Source: Eledone cirrhosa
Lineage: Eukaryota
Direction of reading: 5' to 3'
DNA: 39,423 nt
NCBI GenBank assembly: GCA_964016885.1
Contig: CAXHJY010001402.1
Location: forward strand, 1-39,423
Shown here: positions 1 to 11,654 of the stretch, piece after piece
How positions within the stretch are numbered: position 1 is the first letter of the stretch
How the letters are laid out: every line of letters starts with the position of its first letter
Made by a program: the position numbers and the translations under genes
Notes under the pieces: model-generated
Told to the model about the DNA's origin: nothing
Database searches by the model: none
The model's input: the letters and a program-made list of their open reading frames with translations, nothing else

Positions 1-43
1 TGGCCACATCTTGCCATTGGTGCAGTCAGTATTGGTAGCTGTA

Positions 44-120
44 GTTGTTGCTGTTGTTGTTGCTGTTGTTGTTGTTGCTGTTGTTGTTGCTGTTGTTGTT
101 GTTGCTGTTGTTGTTGTTGT
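44..120 (+). repeat. (TTG)n/(CTG) microsatellite, with a complementary (CAA)n tract at 242-290
   Basis: Direct reading. Confidence 0.9.
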
Positions 121-246
121 CTATTACTGAAATGGAACAGATGCCACCTACATGTGAAAGAGATATCAGTACTGAGGAATTTCTAAGAACAGAAAATACT
201 GATGCATTTTACTTCGCCATCGACATTTCTATCATCATCATCAACA

Positions 247-281
<35 letters not shown>

Positions 282-555
282 AGCAGCTGCAACTGCTGCA
301 ATTACAGTTGCAACCACCTTTATATCCCTATTATTATTATTATTTTGAAAGGTGGTGGATTGACAGTATTGGTAGAGCGTCAGACACCACCATGCTTTGC
401 AGCATATAGTTACATCCCTTTATATTCTGAGTTTAACCTATTGACTGCCGTGTATATTTTACTCAGCTACAGTTCCTGTGCCTGGTTTTTCTTTTCAGTA
501 AAATAGCTATTTTGATTGACAAAACATCACATCAATAAACTAGTAACCCCATCTA

Positions 556-655
556 GCTTTGAAGTTATGAACTGTTGAAAATGAGTTCATAACTTTGAAG
601 TTATGAACTGTTGGAAACGATTTCATAACTTTGAAGTTATGAACTGTTGGAAAGG
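556..655 (+). repeat. 36-bp tandem repeat, about 3 copies
   Basis: CTTTGAAGTTATGAACTGTTG recurs; contains the hairpin TCATAACT ttga AGTTATGA. Confidence 0.8.
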
Positions 656-940
656 AATGCATACATGTTAGGGCAAGTTATCTCATCCATGGCACTGAAG
701 AGGTTCAATCCCACCAAGGTTACATGATTCTGAGCAGAGGAAACTCTCTGAAGTCAATTGCCAGGATCAGCACTATGTTCTAAAACTGTATTACTGCTAA
801 CATCTATAGATCTGGTAACCATATCTCGGGTAATGAGGTAATTATACTGTGTTATTTATTATACATTAAATATTTAGCTCTGTTACTTACATAGAGCACT
901 CTTCATTCCTTTTACTTTTTCCACGGAAACTTCAACACTT

Positions 941-1242
941 CATTATCATCATCATCATTTCATTTTACGTCCGTTTTTTCCCTGCTTGCAAGGGTGGGAC
1001 GGGAACTTGATTCTGACTTGATTTCTACAGCTGGATGCCCTTCCTAACACCAACCTCATTTACAGTGAGTGCTGGGTGCTTTTTTGCCGTGGCACCTCCA
1101 CGACCACTTTGCAGTGGAGTGATATGGACCCCCAGTCCCTATCATCTCATTTCTACAGCTGAGTAAACTGGAGCAATGTGAAATAAAGTGTCTTGCTCAA
1201 GGAAACAACAAGATACTTTATTTCACATTGCTCCAGTTTACT
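941..1242 (-). mobile_element. 5'-truncated SINE with an inverted terminal piece
   Basis: Reverse complement of the 19865-20212 element body; 1208-1241 is an inverted copy of 1162-1195. Confidence 0.85.
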
Positions 1243-1262
1243 TATTTATATATATATGTATA

Positions 1263-1298
<36 letters not shown>

Positions 1299-1644
1299 AC
1301 TCAAAGTTACTGTAAAATTATAGCTAGTTTATTTCATTGTCAAGGATATTACATTACAAAACCTATAAAAGTGGGAGGTTACGTCTCAGTATCATTTAGT
1401 AATATATACATACAAGTGATAGAAATCACATCCGTGTCATCATTATCATAGCTTTTATGTCAGCTTTTCATAGCTAATATGGATTGGGAAAAAGACTTTT
1501 TAGGGGCAGTTTTTCTATATCTAGACACCATTCACCATCATCATTGTTTAACGTACATTCTCCATGCTAGCATAGGTTAGACGGGTTGTGCCATTTGAGG
1601 TAAATTGGGTCAGGTGACTGTCTTGCTCATATGGATCTGTATAG

Positions 1645-2600
1645 CGTGTGCTGGGTGTTTTTTGTCGTGACACCTACATGACCACCTTACAGTGTGTGCT
1701 GGGTGCTTTTTGTCATGACACCTACATGACCACCTTACAGTGTGTGCTGGCTGCTTTTTGTCATGACACCTACATGACCACCTTACAGTGTGTGCTGGCT
1801 GCTTTTTGTCATGACACCTACACTACCACCTTAGAGTGTGTGCTGGGTGCTTTTTGTCATGACACCTACATGATCACTTTACAGTGTGGACTGGGTACAT
1901 TTTGTCATGACACCTACATGACCACCTTACAGTGTGTGCTGGGTGCTTTTTGTCATGACTTCTACATGACCACCTTACAGTGTGTGCTGGGTGCTTTTTG
2001 TCATGACTTCTACATGACCACCTTACAGTGTGTGCTGGGTGCTTTTTGTCATGACTTCTACAGGACCACCTTACAGTGTGTGCTGGCTGCTTTTTGTCAT
2101 GACACCTACATGACCACCTTACAGTGTGTGCTGGCTGCTTTTTGTCATGACACCTACACTACCACCTTAGAGTGTGTGCTGGGTGCTTTTTGTCATGACA
2201 CCTACATGATCACTTTACAGTGTGGACTGGGTACATTTTGTCATGACACCTACATGACCACCTTACAGTGTGTGCTGGGTGCTTTTTGTCATGACTTCTA
2301 CATGACCACCTTACAGTGTGTGCTGGGTGCTTTTTGTCATGACTTCTACATGACCACCTTACAGTGTGTGCTGGGTGCTTTTTGTCATGACTTCTACAGG
2401 ACCACCTTACAGTGTGTGCTGGGTGCTTTTTGTCATGACACCTACATGACCACTTTATAGTGTGGACTGGGTACATTTTGTCATGACACCTACATGACCA
2501 CTTTATAGTGTGGACTGGGTACATTTTGTCATGACACCTACATGACAACTTACAGTGCATGCTGGGTGCTTTTTGTCATGACTTCTACAGGACCACCTTA
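1645..2600 (+). repeat. 48-bp minisatellite, about 20 copies, derived from the RTE/SINE tail
   Basis: Unit CAGTGTGTGCTGGGTGCTTTTTGTCATGACACCTACATGACCACCTTA; preceded by an RTE tail at 1533-1645. Confidence 0.9.
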
Positions 2601-2805
2601 CATATATTTTTAAGTATGGTATGTATATACTCCTCTGGCTCTGTACTCTGAGTTCAAATCTTCCAACCTGTTCAATTATTTTAAGTATTGTGTGTATATA
2701 TTTCACTGACTCTCTGTGCTAAAAAGCTGCTTATTATCCATAAACATTTCTTATATGCTTCAATATACAACTGTGTGTGCGCGTGTGTGTACATATATTT
2801 GTAAA

Positions 2806-2921
2806 GGCGCATGGTTGAGTGGTTAGAGAATTGGATTCGCAATCGTGAGGTTGTGAGTTTGATTCCCGGACCGGGCGACGTGTTATGTCCTAGGGCAAGA
2901 CACTTTATTTCACGTTGCTCC
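2806..2921 (+). mobile_element. SINE 5' (tRNA-like head) fragment
   Basis: GGCGCATGGTTGAGTGGTTAGAG...GAGTTTGATTCCC...GCAAGACACTTTATTTCAC. Confidence 0.7.
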
Positions 2922-3487
2922 TTCTACCTGGAGTTGTGACGATAGATAGTATTTACAATTGGAAAAAACCAATCGAAACATTGTTTCCTCGGACCAATTC
3001 GACAAAAATTGATCGACTGTCAATATATATATATGTGTATGTGTGTCCGTGTATATATATATATACTATTAGATATTTTCTAAAATATCATCTAACCAAT
3101 TCTTTTATTTACCTAAAGCCTTTTTTTCATTTGACGTGGCCTGCTTGCTCATCGATTTAACAAAAATAATCAAATCCATTGTTTCTGAGGATTGACAGAA
3201 GAATAGATATACTTTTTAAGGCTGCTGGCATCAATAATTTTGCTCTCTTAAACGACCATAAACCAATGAATTAATCAACCATTTCATCTTGTTTTTCTTA
3301 TTCTTTCATTGTTTAACATCTATTGGCTTTTATTTGCTACTTTGCTAAATTGAGAGTTTATGAACAAACTGAGTGTTTGTGAGTTGTTTTGTGATTAACT
3401 AGACTAGGTTTTCAAGGTAAACTAGGTTTTCAAGGTAAACTAGGTTTTCATTCATACAAGTTACTTTCTCAATGATTCTGTAAATTT

Positions 3488-4428
3488 TGTGTGTGTGTGT
3501 GTATATGAATGTGTGTGCGTGTGTGTATATGAATGTGTGTGCGTGTGTGTATGTGTGTGCGTGTGTATGATGGTGTGTGTGTGTGTGTGTGTTTTCGAAA
3601 TATTTGTAAGTGAAGTGTATGTAGGTTAAGTGCATGACAAGCGACAATTCTTAACCATTCAACCAAACTGTATTCACATATGTATGTATATGTGTATGTG
3701 TGTGTATGTACATATGAGTGTATATACATGTATGTGAATGTACATATGTGTGTGTGTATGTATGTGTGTGTGTGTATATATGTGTGTGTGTGTATGTATA
3801 TATATGTGTGTGTCAACTGTTCTGTAAATTTTGTGTGTGTGTGTATGAGTGTGTGTGTATGTGTGTGTATGTACATATGAGTGTATATACATGTATGTGT
3901 ATGTACATATGTGTGTGTGTATGTATGTGTATGTGTGTGTATGTATATGTGTGTGTGTGTGTGTGTACATGAGTGTATATACATGTATGTGTATGTACGT
4001 ATGTGTGTGTATGTATATATGTGTGTGTGTGTATGTACATATGAGTGTATATACATGTATGTGTATGTACATATGAGTGTATATACATGTATGTGTATGT
4101 ACATATGTGTGTGTGTATGTATATATGTGTGTGTGTGTATGTACATATGAGTGTATATACATGTATGTGTATGTACATATGTGTGTGTGTATGTATGTAT
4201 GTATGTGTGTGTGTATGTATATATGTATGTGTGCGTATGTACATATGAGTGTATATACATGTATGTGTATGTACATATGTGTGTGTGTATGTATGTGTGT
4301 GTATGTATATATGTATGTGTGTGTATGTACATATGAGTGTATATACATGTATGTACATGTACATGTGTGTGTGTATGTATGTGTGTGTGTATGTATATAT
4401 ATATATGTGTGTGTGTGTGTGTATGTAT
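3488..4428 (+). repeat. Complex (TG)/(TA) microsatellite-minisatellite
   Basis: Recurrent GTACATATGAGTGTATATACATGTATGTG unit. Confidence 0.9.
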
Positions 4429-4429
4429 G

Positions 4430-4745
4430 CTCAAAATGACTGTGTGCAATGTGTGTGGCCAAATTTGCCTCAGTAAAGCTGGTCTTAAAAGTCACCAGAG
4501 AAGCCAAGTACAAAATGTTACCAATTATCGTCTCTTTGACATTTCTTCCTGTCGGAATTGTGGAAAACAATGTGTCTTGACTGGTGGACCCCTACGTCAT
4601 TTGAAGGCTCACCAAAACAAAACAGGGAACCAAAGTGGAAGACCATCACTACAGCATATGGAGAAAGGAAGTACCCATGTGTGAGAGGGAGATCAGAGGA
4701 TGGAAATTCTTGAGATCGAGATGCAGCCATCATGTATGTATGTAA
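4430..4745 (+). mobile_element. 3' end of a LINE (RTE-like) with C-terminal C2H2 zinc fingers
   Basis: VCNVCGQICLSKAGLKSHQRS and SCRNCGKQC...LRHLKAH, a short 3' UTR and an (ATGT)n tail. No ATG or splice context. Confidence 0.6.
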
Positions 4746-4929
4746 TCTGTGTGTATCTGGTTTAGAATAGGTACACAGTATCTTGGTGTATCGTAAGAAA
4801 CAACCCCAAAAAGGCTGGTGCCAGGAAAGGTATCTGGTTGTAAAACATTACCTCAAAAATTCCCGTCCAACCCATGCCAGTATGGAAAAGTTAACATAAA
4901 GACAATGATGATGATGATATATCCTCATC

Positions 4930-4960
<31 letters not shown>

Positions 4961-5009
4961 TAGATAGATAGATGCAACTCCAGTTGCATTTTCAATTTCT
5001 TTCCTTTAT

Positions 5010-5316
5010 AGAAAGGTTGGGAGTTCAATTCTCAGACCGGGTGATGTGTTGTTTCCTTGAGCAAGACACTTTATTTCACATTGCTCCAGTTTACTCAGCT
5101 GTAGAAATGAGATGATATGGACTGGGGTCCATATCATTCCACTGCAAAGTGGTCGTGGAGGTGCCACGGCAAAAAAGCACCCAGCACTCACTGTAAATGA
5201 GGTTGGTGTTAGGAAGGGCATCCAGCTGTAGAAATCAAGCCAGAATCAGTTCCCATCCCACCCTTGCAAGCAGGGAAAAGCGGACGTAAAATGATGATGA
5301 TGATGAAAAATGATGA
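5010..5316 (+). mobile_element. 5'-truncated SINE
   Basis: Near-identical to 19909-20212. Confidence 0.88.
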
Positions 5317-6149
5317 TATATATATAAGGAAAAGAAATTGAAAATGCAACTGGAGTCTTTTAAGAATATTTATTTACTTTACCAGTTTCACAGTTCTTAT
5401 GATTTTCAAAAGAAAAATTGAGATGGAGTGTTTGTGTTTCTGTTGTGGTTTGTCTCGTATATATATATATATATACACACATACATATACATATATATAC
5501 ACACATATATATACATATACATATACACACACACACATATATATATATACATATTTATATATCTGTATGTGTGTGTCAGTGAATGTAGTTAACAGGTCAA
5601 GTATATATAATGTATATTATATATAGTCACTAACTCCACATATCTCAAAGCCCCTGATTTTCTTTCTTTAAACACACCATTTTCTGTTTTCTTTGTTCTC
5701 CCTTGTCAGTTTAGATTTAAGGTAATCAGCTAAGATTGACAGTACAATCTGGGGTTTGCTTTTCATTAGTAATTGTGAAAAGGGGCCAATTTAATTTGAT
5801 CACTTCATTGCCATATTTTTAATGAAAGACACACTGCCTATTATTTTCAAACTAGAGAACTCGTGTCGTCAATAATGATGGCAACAGTGTTAAATGTATT
5901 TAATATTTGGAGTTCTGGATTGGTATGCCATATGATGGCTGCCCACTCGTTATCGAGTATGGCCATTGCACAATATACCATTATTAATAATTATTAATTA
6001 ATTCTATTGTGCAATGCCTGTGCGTGAAGATATTTTTTAAAGTGAGGAAAGACTGTGCACTGAACCAATCCCACTCTCTGAGCGACAGAAGCTATAACCT
6101 GAAAAGAAGAAAAGATCAACATCATCGGTAACTGCAGGTTTTATATCGG

Positions 6150-6460
6150 AGTTATCCCAGTTTCCTGAGTTGCCTTCTCCTAGAAGAATGCCCTGACAAA
6201 GGCTAGGGGTCCTTCACTCCCAGTGGTTTAACCACGCGGTACATGTGTATATACATATTTACACACTTCCGGATGGCCGTTGACTCTTATGAGTTCTTCC
6301 GCCCTTTGTCAGGTTTTGTTTTTTGCCCTGCAGGGTGTCCAAAATCACCCTCCTCACCAAGTAAACTTGGTGGGGGTTGCCGGTTTAGTCGACGACGACC
6401 CGACTATGTGACAGGTTGTACTGGGTTACATGTTACCAGTAGCACTCAAGAGTGACCCAA
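6150..6460 (-). mobile_element. Probable LINE (RTE-like) 5' UTR fragment, GC-richer and structured
   Basis: TTGCCTTCTCCTAG...CCCTGACAAAGGCTAG resembles RTE leader sequences as I recall them; several local hairpins. Confidence 0.4.
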
Positions 6461-6645
6461 CATATGGTATGCCATATATATCCAGTACAACTGGACATAT
6501 GAACAATCATACAAACTGGGAAATTTCTGTTTTAATGAATTTATGGTTTACAGAAGAGAAACCTTATAGTTTATGTTGATTACTGACATGTGGAAGTGAT
6601 TAAAGATAAGGATGATATTTTAATAATTTATTTCTAAGACATAAT

Positions 6646-6683
<38 letters not shown>

Positions 6684-6690
<7 letters not shown>

Positions 6691-7083
6691 AATGAATAAT
6701 AACAGGTAGACATCTTAAAAAAGGTAATTTATTCCGTGTGCTTATAGGTGTTTCCACGGTGGTACTACAGCCTAGTTATGCTATGTGCAAATTCACAAGT
6801 ACTTGCAGAACTCAAATATCCAATGCTGTGACCACTGTTTCCTCAGAGCATAACTAGGCTGTAGTACCACCGTGGAAACACCTGTAAGCACACGGAATAA
6901 ATTACCTTTTTTAAGATGTCTACCTGTTATTCATTCTTTATATACACTCCGGAATACAGAAGGATCAGGATCTAAGTTTCTTCAACAATTCTTCCATAAC
7001 TCGTAGAGTAACCTCTTACCGTATGTCAACCATATCCAGTGTAGTAATTAACCATTACTACATCTTGGATAATCCTATACCTA

Positions 7084-7084
<1 letters not shown>
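6684..7084. mobile_element. (TA)n-flanked fold-back element, Penelope pLTR or retrozyme-like
   Basis: About 97-bp inverted arms at 6684-6782 and 6847-6943, plus a unique extension to the TA tract. Confidence 0.65.
6739..6850 (-). ncRNA. Type I hammerhead-like motif with long stem II (family C)
   Basis: TGCT-CTGAGGA-aACAGTGGTcACAGC...GCTGTagtACCACCGTg-GAAAC acct ATA-AGCA; the opposite arm retains GAAACACCTGTAAGCA. Confidence 0.6.
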
Positions 7085-7114
<30 letters not shown>

Positions 7115-7315
7115 ATATACAGCATGTATGTACAAATGTATGAGTAACTTTGAAGAAATAACTAGTTACAGGAATAAATGTAGAGTTAGAACTCAGAACC
7201 TTGTGTGATTGGACAGTTAACTCATTGTAGAAATTTGACTGAGATAGGAAATGTATATGTATGTGTATATATGTGTGTGTATATATGTGGGTATATATGT
7301 GTGTGTTACAGACAT

Positions 7316-7793
7316 CACCATCGTTTAACGTCCATCTTCCGCGCTAGCATGGGTTAGACGGTTTTGTCTAACTGGCAGGTTTTTTTTACAGCTGGATGCC
7401 CTTCCTAACATCAACCACATTTACAGTGTGGACTGGGAGCCCTTTTCACCGTGTCTCCTACACGGCCACCTTACAGTGTGGACTGTTGCGTCATCGACAC
7501 AGTGGACGGAACGGGAGAGGGAGGGTGGAGTAGGGTGTGGCGGTGGGGTGTACATTGAGTTAAGAGGTGCCTATTGGCTGTAGGTTTGTGGCGGCGGGGT
7601 GTACATTGAGTTAAGAGGTGCCTATTGGCTGTAGGTCTGTATACAATGGTAGTCAGGTCTTCTGTACAATTGCATGGCGCCAAAGGTCTCGATCCAGTGT
7701 CATTGTCTTAGAGAGGTGTAGGTGGGCAAGGTCAGTTTTTATCACCTCGTCCCAGGTTTTTCTTGGTCTACCCACTCCGCAGCTTCCATCAAT

Positions 7794-7798
<5 letters not shown>
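7316..7798 (-). mobile_element. RTE LINE 3' fragment (ORF C-terminus plus 3' UTR)
   Basis: IDGSCGVGRPRKTWDEVIKTDLAHLHLSKTMTLDRDLWRHAIVQ closely parallels the C-terminus of the 8265-9494 ORF; tail motifs match 9640-9790. Confidence 0.85.
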
Positions 7799-7833
<35 letters not shown>

Positions 7834-7869
7834 ATAAATATACAAATGCATGTATTATTGTAATGTGGA

Positions 7870-8031
7870 TGACAAGACAAAAAAGCCCTCAGTTCACCTT
7901 GTAAGGTGGTTGGCATTATAAAGGGCATCCAGCCATAGAAACCAAGCCAGAATCCAGATCCGTATGAGCAAAACGAGGTCACCTGGTTTGACCTGTCCCA
8001 TGTGACAACCTGTGTAAGCCATGCAAGTATA

Positions 8032-8061
<30 letters not shown>
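7870..8061 (+). mobile_element. Diverged RTE/SINE 3' tail fragment
   Basis: AAGGGCATCCAGC..TAGAAA motif and (GAT)n tail. Confidence 0.6.
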
Positions 8062-8063
<2 letters not shown>

Positions 8064-8174
8064 CGTTGATGATTGCTGCAGTATGACTGAGATAGGAAAT
8101 AGACCGTGCATATGTATGTATATACATTTTAAAGAAATACATACATATATATATATACATATATATATACATAC

Positions 8175-8225
<51 letters not shown>

Positions 8226-8264
8226 CATATATATACATACATATATATATATACATATATATAC

Positions 8265-9494
8265 GACCTTGAGAAAGCCTTTGACAGAGTTCCACGTGCA
8301 GTAATCTGGTGGGCTCTTAGAAAACTAGGAGTAGATGAATGGCTTGTGAAAGCGGTACAAGCCATGTATAGGGGAGCAGTCAGCAAAGTTAGGATTGGCA
8401 ATGAGTATAGCGAGGAATTTAGCGTACAGGTTGGGGTCCACCAGGGCTCTGTTCTTAGCCCTCTCCTGTTCATCATAGTCCTGCAGGCAATAACGGAGGA
8501 GTTTAAGACCGGATGCCCATGGGAACTCCTGTATGCTGATGACCTCGCACTCATAGCTGAATCTATGGTAGAACTAGAGAATAAATTCCAAACCTGGAAG
8601 CAGGGACTAGAGAGAAAGGGCCTCAAAGTCAACATGACAAAGACTAAGGTCCTTATAAGTAGACGAGAAAACAGAACCCAGATCCCCTCAGGGAAATGGC
8701 CTTGCTCAGTATGTAGGAAAGGTGTAGGTAGGAACTCCATTCTTTGCCCCAAATGCAAACAATGGGTACACAAGAGATGTAGCGGGATCTCAGGAAGCTT
8801 AATTAAGAATGTAGGATTCACATGCAGCAGCTGTGCTGAAACAGCAAGCAAACAGCCACAGGAAACAAGTACCACCAATCTCTGGGAGGGCCCTGTAGAA
8901 ACAGTAGACAGCTTCTGCTACCTAGGTGACCGAATTAGCAACGGAGGTGGGTGCTCAGAAAGTACAATAACTAGGGTAAGAACGGGATGGAAGAAGTTTA
9001 GGGAACTACTACCACTGCTAGCTGCAAAAGGCTTCTCCCTCAGAATGAAAGGCAGACTGTATGATGCGTGTATCCGAACAGCGATGTTGCATGGTAGTGA
9101 GACCTGGGCGCTGAAGGTGGAAGACTTACGTAGATTAGAGAGAAACGAAGCCTGCATGCTCCGATGGATGTGTAACAGTAATATACGTGAACGACAAAGC
9201 ATAAATGAATTGAGAGAGAGACTGAGCATAAGAGGAATCAAATGCTGCGTGCAGGAGAGGCGGTTACGCTGGTATGGACATGTGATGCGTATGAAGGATG
9301 ACAGCTGCATAAAAAGGTGCAGAGCACTAGAAGTTGATGGAAACCGCGGAGTGGGGAGACCCAAGATGACTTGGGATGAGGTGATAAAAGCCGACCTTAC
9401 CCAACTACACCTCTCAAAGTCAATGACACACGACCGTGACTTCTGGCGTCACGCAGTAATACAGGGTACCCGACCTCCCATGGGTACATGCTGA
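8265..9494 (+). pseudogene. Truncated RTE reverse transcriptase ORF, uninterrupted, with an internal Cys/His PHD-like insert
   Basis: 8265 is in frame with track ORF 8346-9494. No stops. The N-terminal endonuclease and early RT are missing. Confidence 0.85.
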
Positions 9495-9800
9495 AGCATA
9501 TAAACAATATGCCCCCCCCCCCCCCCCCCCACCGCAAGGTGGTCGTGGAGGTGCCACGGCAAAAAAGCACCCAGCCCACACTGTAAAGTGGACGTGTAGG
9601 CGCCACGAAAAAGCACCCAGCACTCACTGTAAATGAGGTTGGTGTTAGGAAGGGCATCCAGCTGTAGAAATCAAGCCAGATCAGTTCCTGTATGAGCAAG
9701 GCATGGTCAGCCGACCAGACACTGCCCACAACAGGACAACCCGTCTAACCCATGCTAGCGTGGAAGAACGGACGTAAAACGGTGATGATGATGATGATGA
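8265..9800 (+). mobile_element. 5'-truncated RTE-clade LINE with 3' UTR and (ATG)n tail
   Basis: Begins at a TA-rich tract with [10 protein letters not shown]. Contains GVHQGSVLSPLLF, LLYADD, FCYLGD, LRWYGHVMR and GRPKMTW. Stop at 9494, tail GATGATGATG near 9785-9800. Confidence 0.92.
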
Positions 9801-9811
9801 CATATATATAT

Positions 9812-9935
9812 AGATGGACCTCACGGAGGAGATGATGAAGGACCGTGACAAGTGGAGAGATGCTGTGCTGAAGAGGACCCGTCCCACCCTTGTAAGAATG
9901 GAAAAGCGGATGTAAAATGATGATGATCATGATGA
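9812..9935 (+). mobile_element. Short 3' end of a second RTE subfamily
   Basis: MDLTEEMMKDRDKWRDAVLKRTRP followed by the CCCGTCCCACCCTTG..GTAAAATGATGATG tail shared with the SINE. Confidence 0.7.
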
Positions 9936-10119
9936 TATATATATATATATGTTATATTGTGTGTGTGTGTGTGCATATGTGTGTGTGTGTGTGTGAGCAT
10001 ATGTGTGTGTATATGTCTGTGTTTACATTTACTATTTGTTTATGTTCTATAACTCATCAATTTGGCAAATAAAGATCAATACATTATAAACTGGGCCAGC
10101 GACGTCAGATCAATAGTAA

Positions 10120-10640
10120 AAGAATGTCAGAATGTCAGAATGTCACAAGTTTCCTGAACACATATCACCAGGTTTAAAGAATGCCAGCATGTCACAACTT
10201 TCCTGAGCACATGTCACCAGGTTTAAAGAATATAAGAATGTCAAAATGTCACAACTTTCCTGAACACAAGTCACCAGGTTTAAAGAATAAAAGAATGTCA
10301 GAATATCACAACTTTCCTGAACACAAGTCACCAGGTTTAAAGAATGCCAGCATGTCACAACTTTCCTGAGCACATGTCACCAGGTTTAAAGAATATAAGA
10401 ATGTCAAAATGTCACAACTTTCCTGAACACAAGTCACCAGGTTTAAAGAATAAAAGAATGTCAGAATATCACAACTTTCCTGAACACAAGTCACCAGGTT
10501 TAAAGAATGTCAGAATGCCACAACTTTCCTGAACACATATCACCAGGATTAACAAGTAAAAGAATACAAGAATGTCAGAATTCCAGAATGTCACAACTTT
10601 CCTGAACGTCACCAGGTTTCCACATGTCACCAAGTTTAAT
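10120..10640 (+). repeat. Minisatellite with 43-60 bp subunits and a 163-bp higher-order unit
   Basis: TCACAACTTTCCTGA.CAC..GTCACCAGGTTTAAAGAAT recurs; identical track ORF starts at 10181 and 10344. Confidence 0.85.
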
Positions 10641-10842
10641 GAACCAATTAATGGATTCCATAATTTAGTCAACAGATATTTTATATAGAATTTAATTGAT
10701 TTCATCCTTTCTCTGTCAATCTGTTTCTGTGAGAGAATGTTTTAACAAGTCTGGAATTGGTTATTGAAACAGCAAGAGCTCAGCCATTGGGTCCTGACTC
10801 ATGTGTGTATGTATATATATATATATATCCCATGCATCTTAA

Positions 10843-11050
10843 CCCTTTAGCATTTACATTGCTCTATATATACTATTGTATTTTTTCAGTAAAGGCTTTA
10901 TCTCACATAATATCGAATCTATGAGACTTTCATATTATTTATTTTGAGAACAATACCCTAACATCAGTATGAGCGGCCAGTTACAGTCAGTTTGAACAGA
11001 AAGAGATGAAAGAATTCTGGCTGGATACAGCTGGTTTAAATGCTAAAAGG
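10843..11050 (+). mobile_element. piggyBac-like MITE
   Basis: TTAA-CCCTTTAGCATTTA ... TAAATGCTAAAAGG-TTAG terminal inverted repeats. Confidence 0.7.
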
Positions 11051-11233
11051 TTAGAATAGATAATCACTTTCATTACCATATTTATAATGAAATGTTCTGT
11101 ATTTGAATTTGGAGGTATTTACGAAAATAATTAACTATTAGTTATTAAGATGTTATTTATAATAAAAATTTAGCAAAAGGTTTTTTATGTCAAATTATGC
11201 TGGAATATTTGCATTCAAATATGAACCCTTTAA

Positions 11234-11446
11234 CCCTTTAGCATTTAAACCGACCATATCCAGCCATAATTCTTTCACCTCTTTCTGTTCAAACTGGCCG
11301 CAACAGGCCACTCATACTTCTGTTAAGGTACTGTTCTCAAACTAAATAGTAACAAAATCTTGTAGATTTGATATATGATAATTATGTGAGGTAAAGCCTT
11401 TACTGCAAAAATATAACATATATAGAGTAATGTAAATGCTAAAGAG
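11234..11446 (-). mobile_element. piggyBac-like MITE, same family in the opposite orientation
   Basis: TTAA-CCCTTTAGCATTTA ... TAAATGCTAAAGAG-TTAA; the interior is the reverse complement of 10843-11050. Confidence 0.7.
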
Positions 11447-11614
11447 TTAAACCCTTTCATAAAACCAGAGGGGTTTTGGGTGGGTGGGTATATTTCTGCT
11501 ATAATCCTATGAGGTGACTAAATGGGTTGGTTATAAGAAACAACATCGAGCCGTAAGACATGGTCTCAGTAAACCTGCCTAACTCATGCCAACATGGAAG
11601 AACAGACATCAAAC

Positions 11615-11654
<40 letters not shown>

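Noticed and set aside
1648-2460. 270-aa Cys/His repeat ORF
   Set aside because: Translation of a 48-bp minisatellite derived from a non-coding retroelement tail.
3399-4570. Many His/Thr/Tyr/Ile or Val/Cys ORFs (also 11891-12465, 18364-19664, 22327-23214, 35482-37274)
   Set aside because: Dinucleotide microsatellite translations.
4430-4684. Host C2H2 zinc-finger gene exon
   Set aside because: No TGEKP linkers or splice signals; ends in a short UTR and simple-repeat tail like a LINE 3' end.
8129-9364. Minus-strand ORFs of 249 and 148 aa
   Set aside because: Antisense shadows of the RT ORF.
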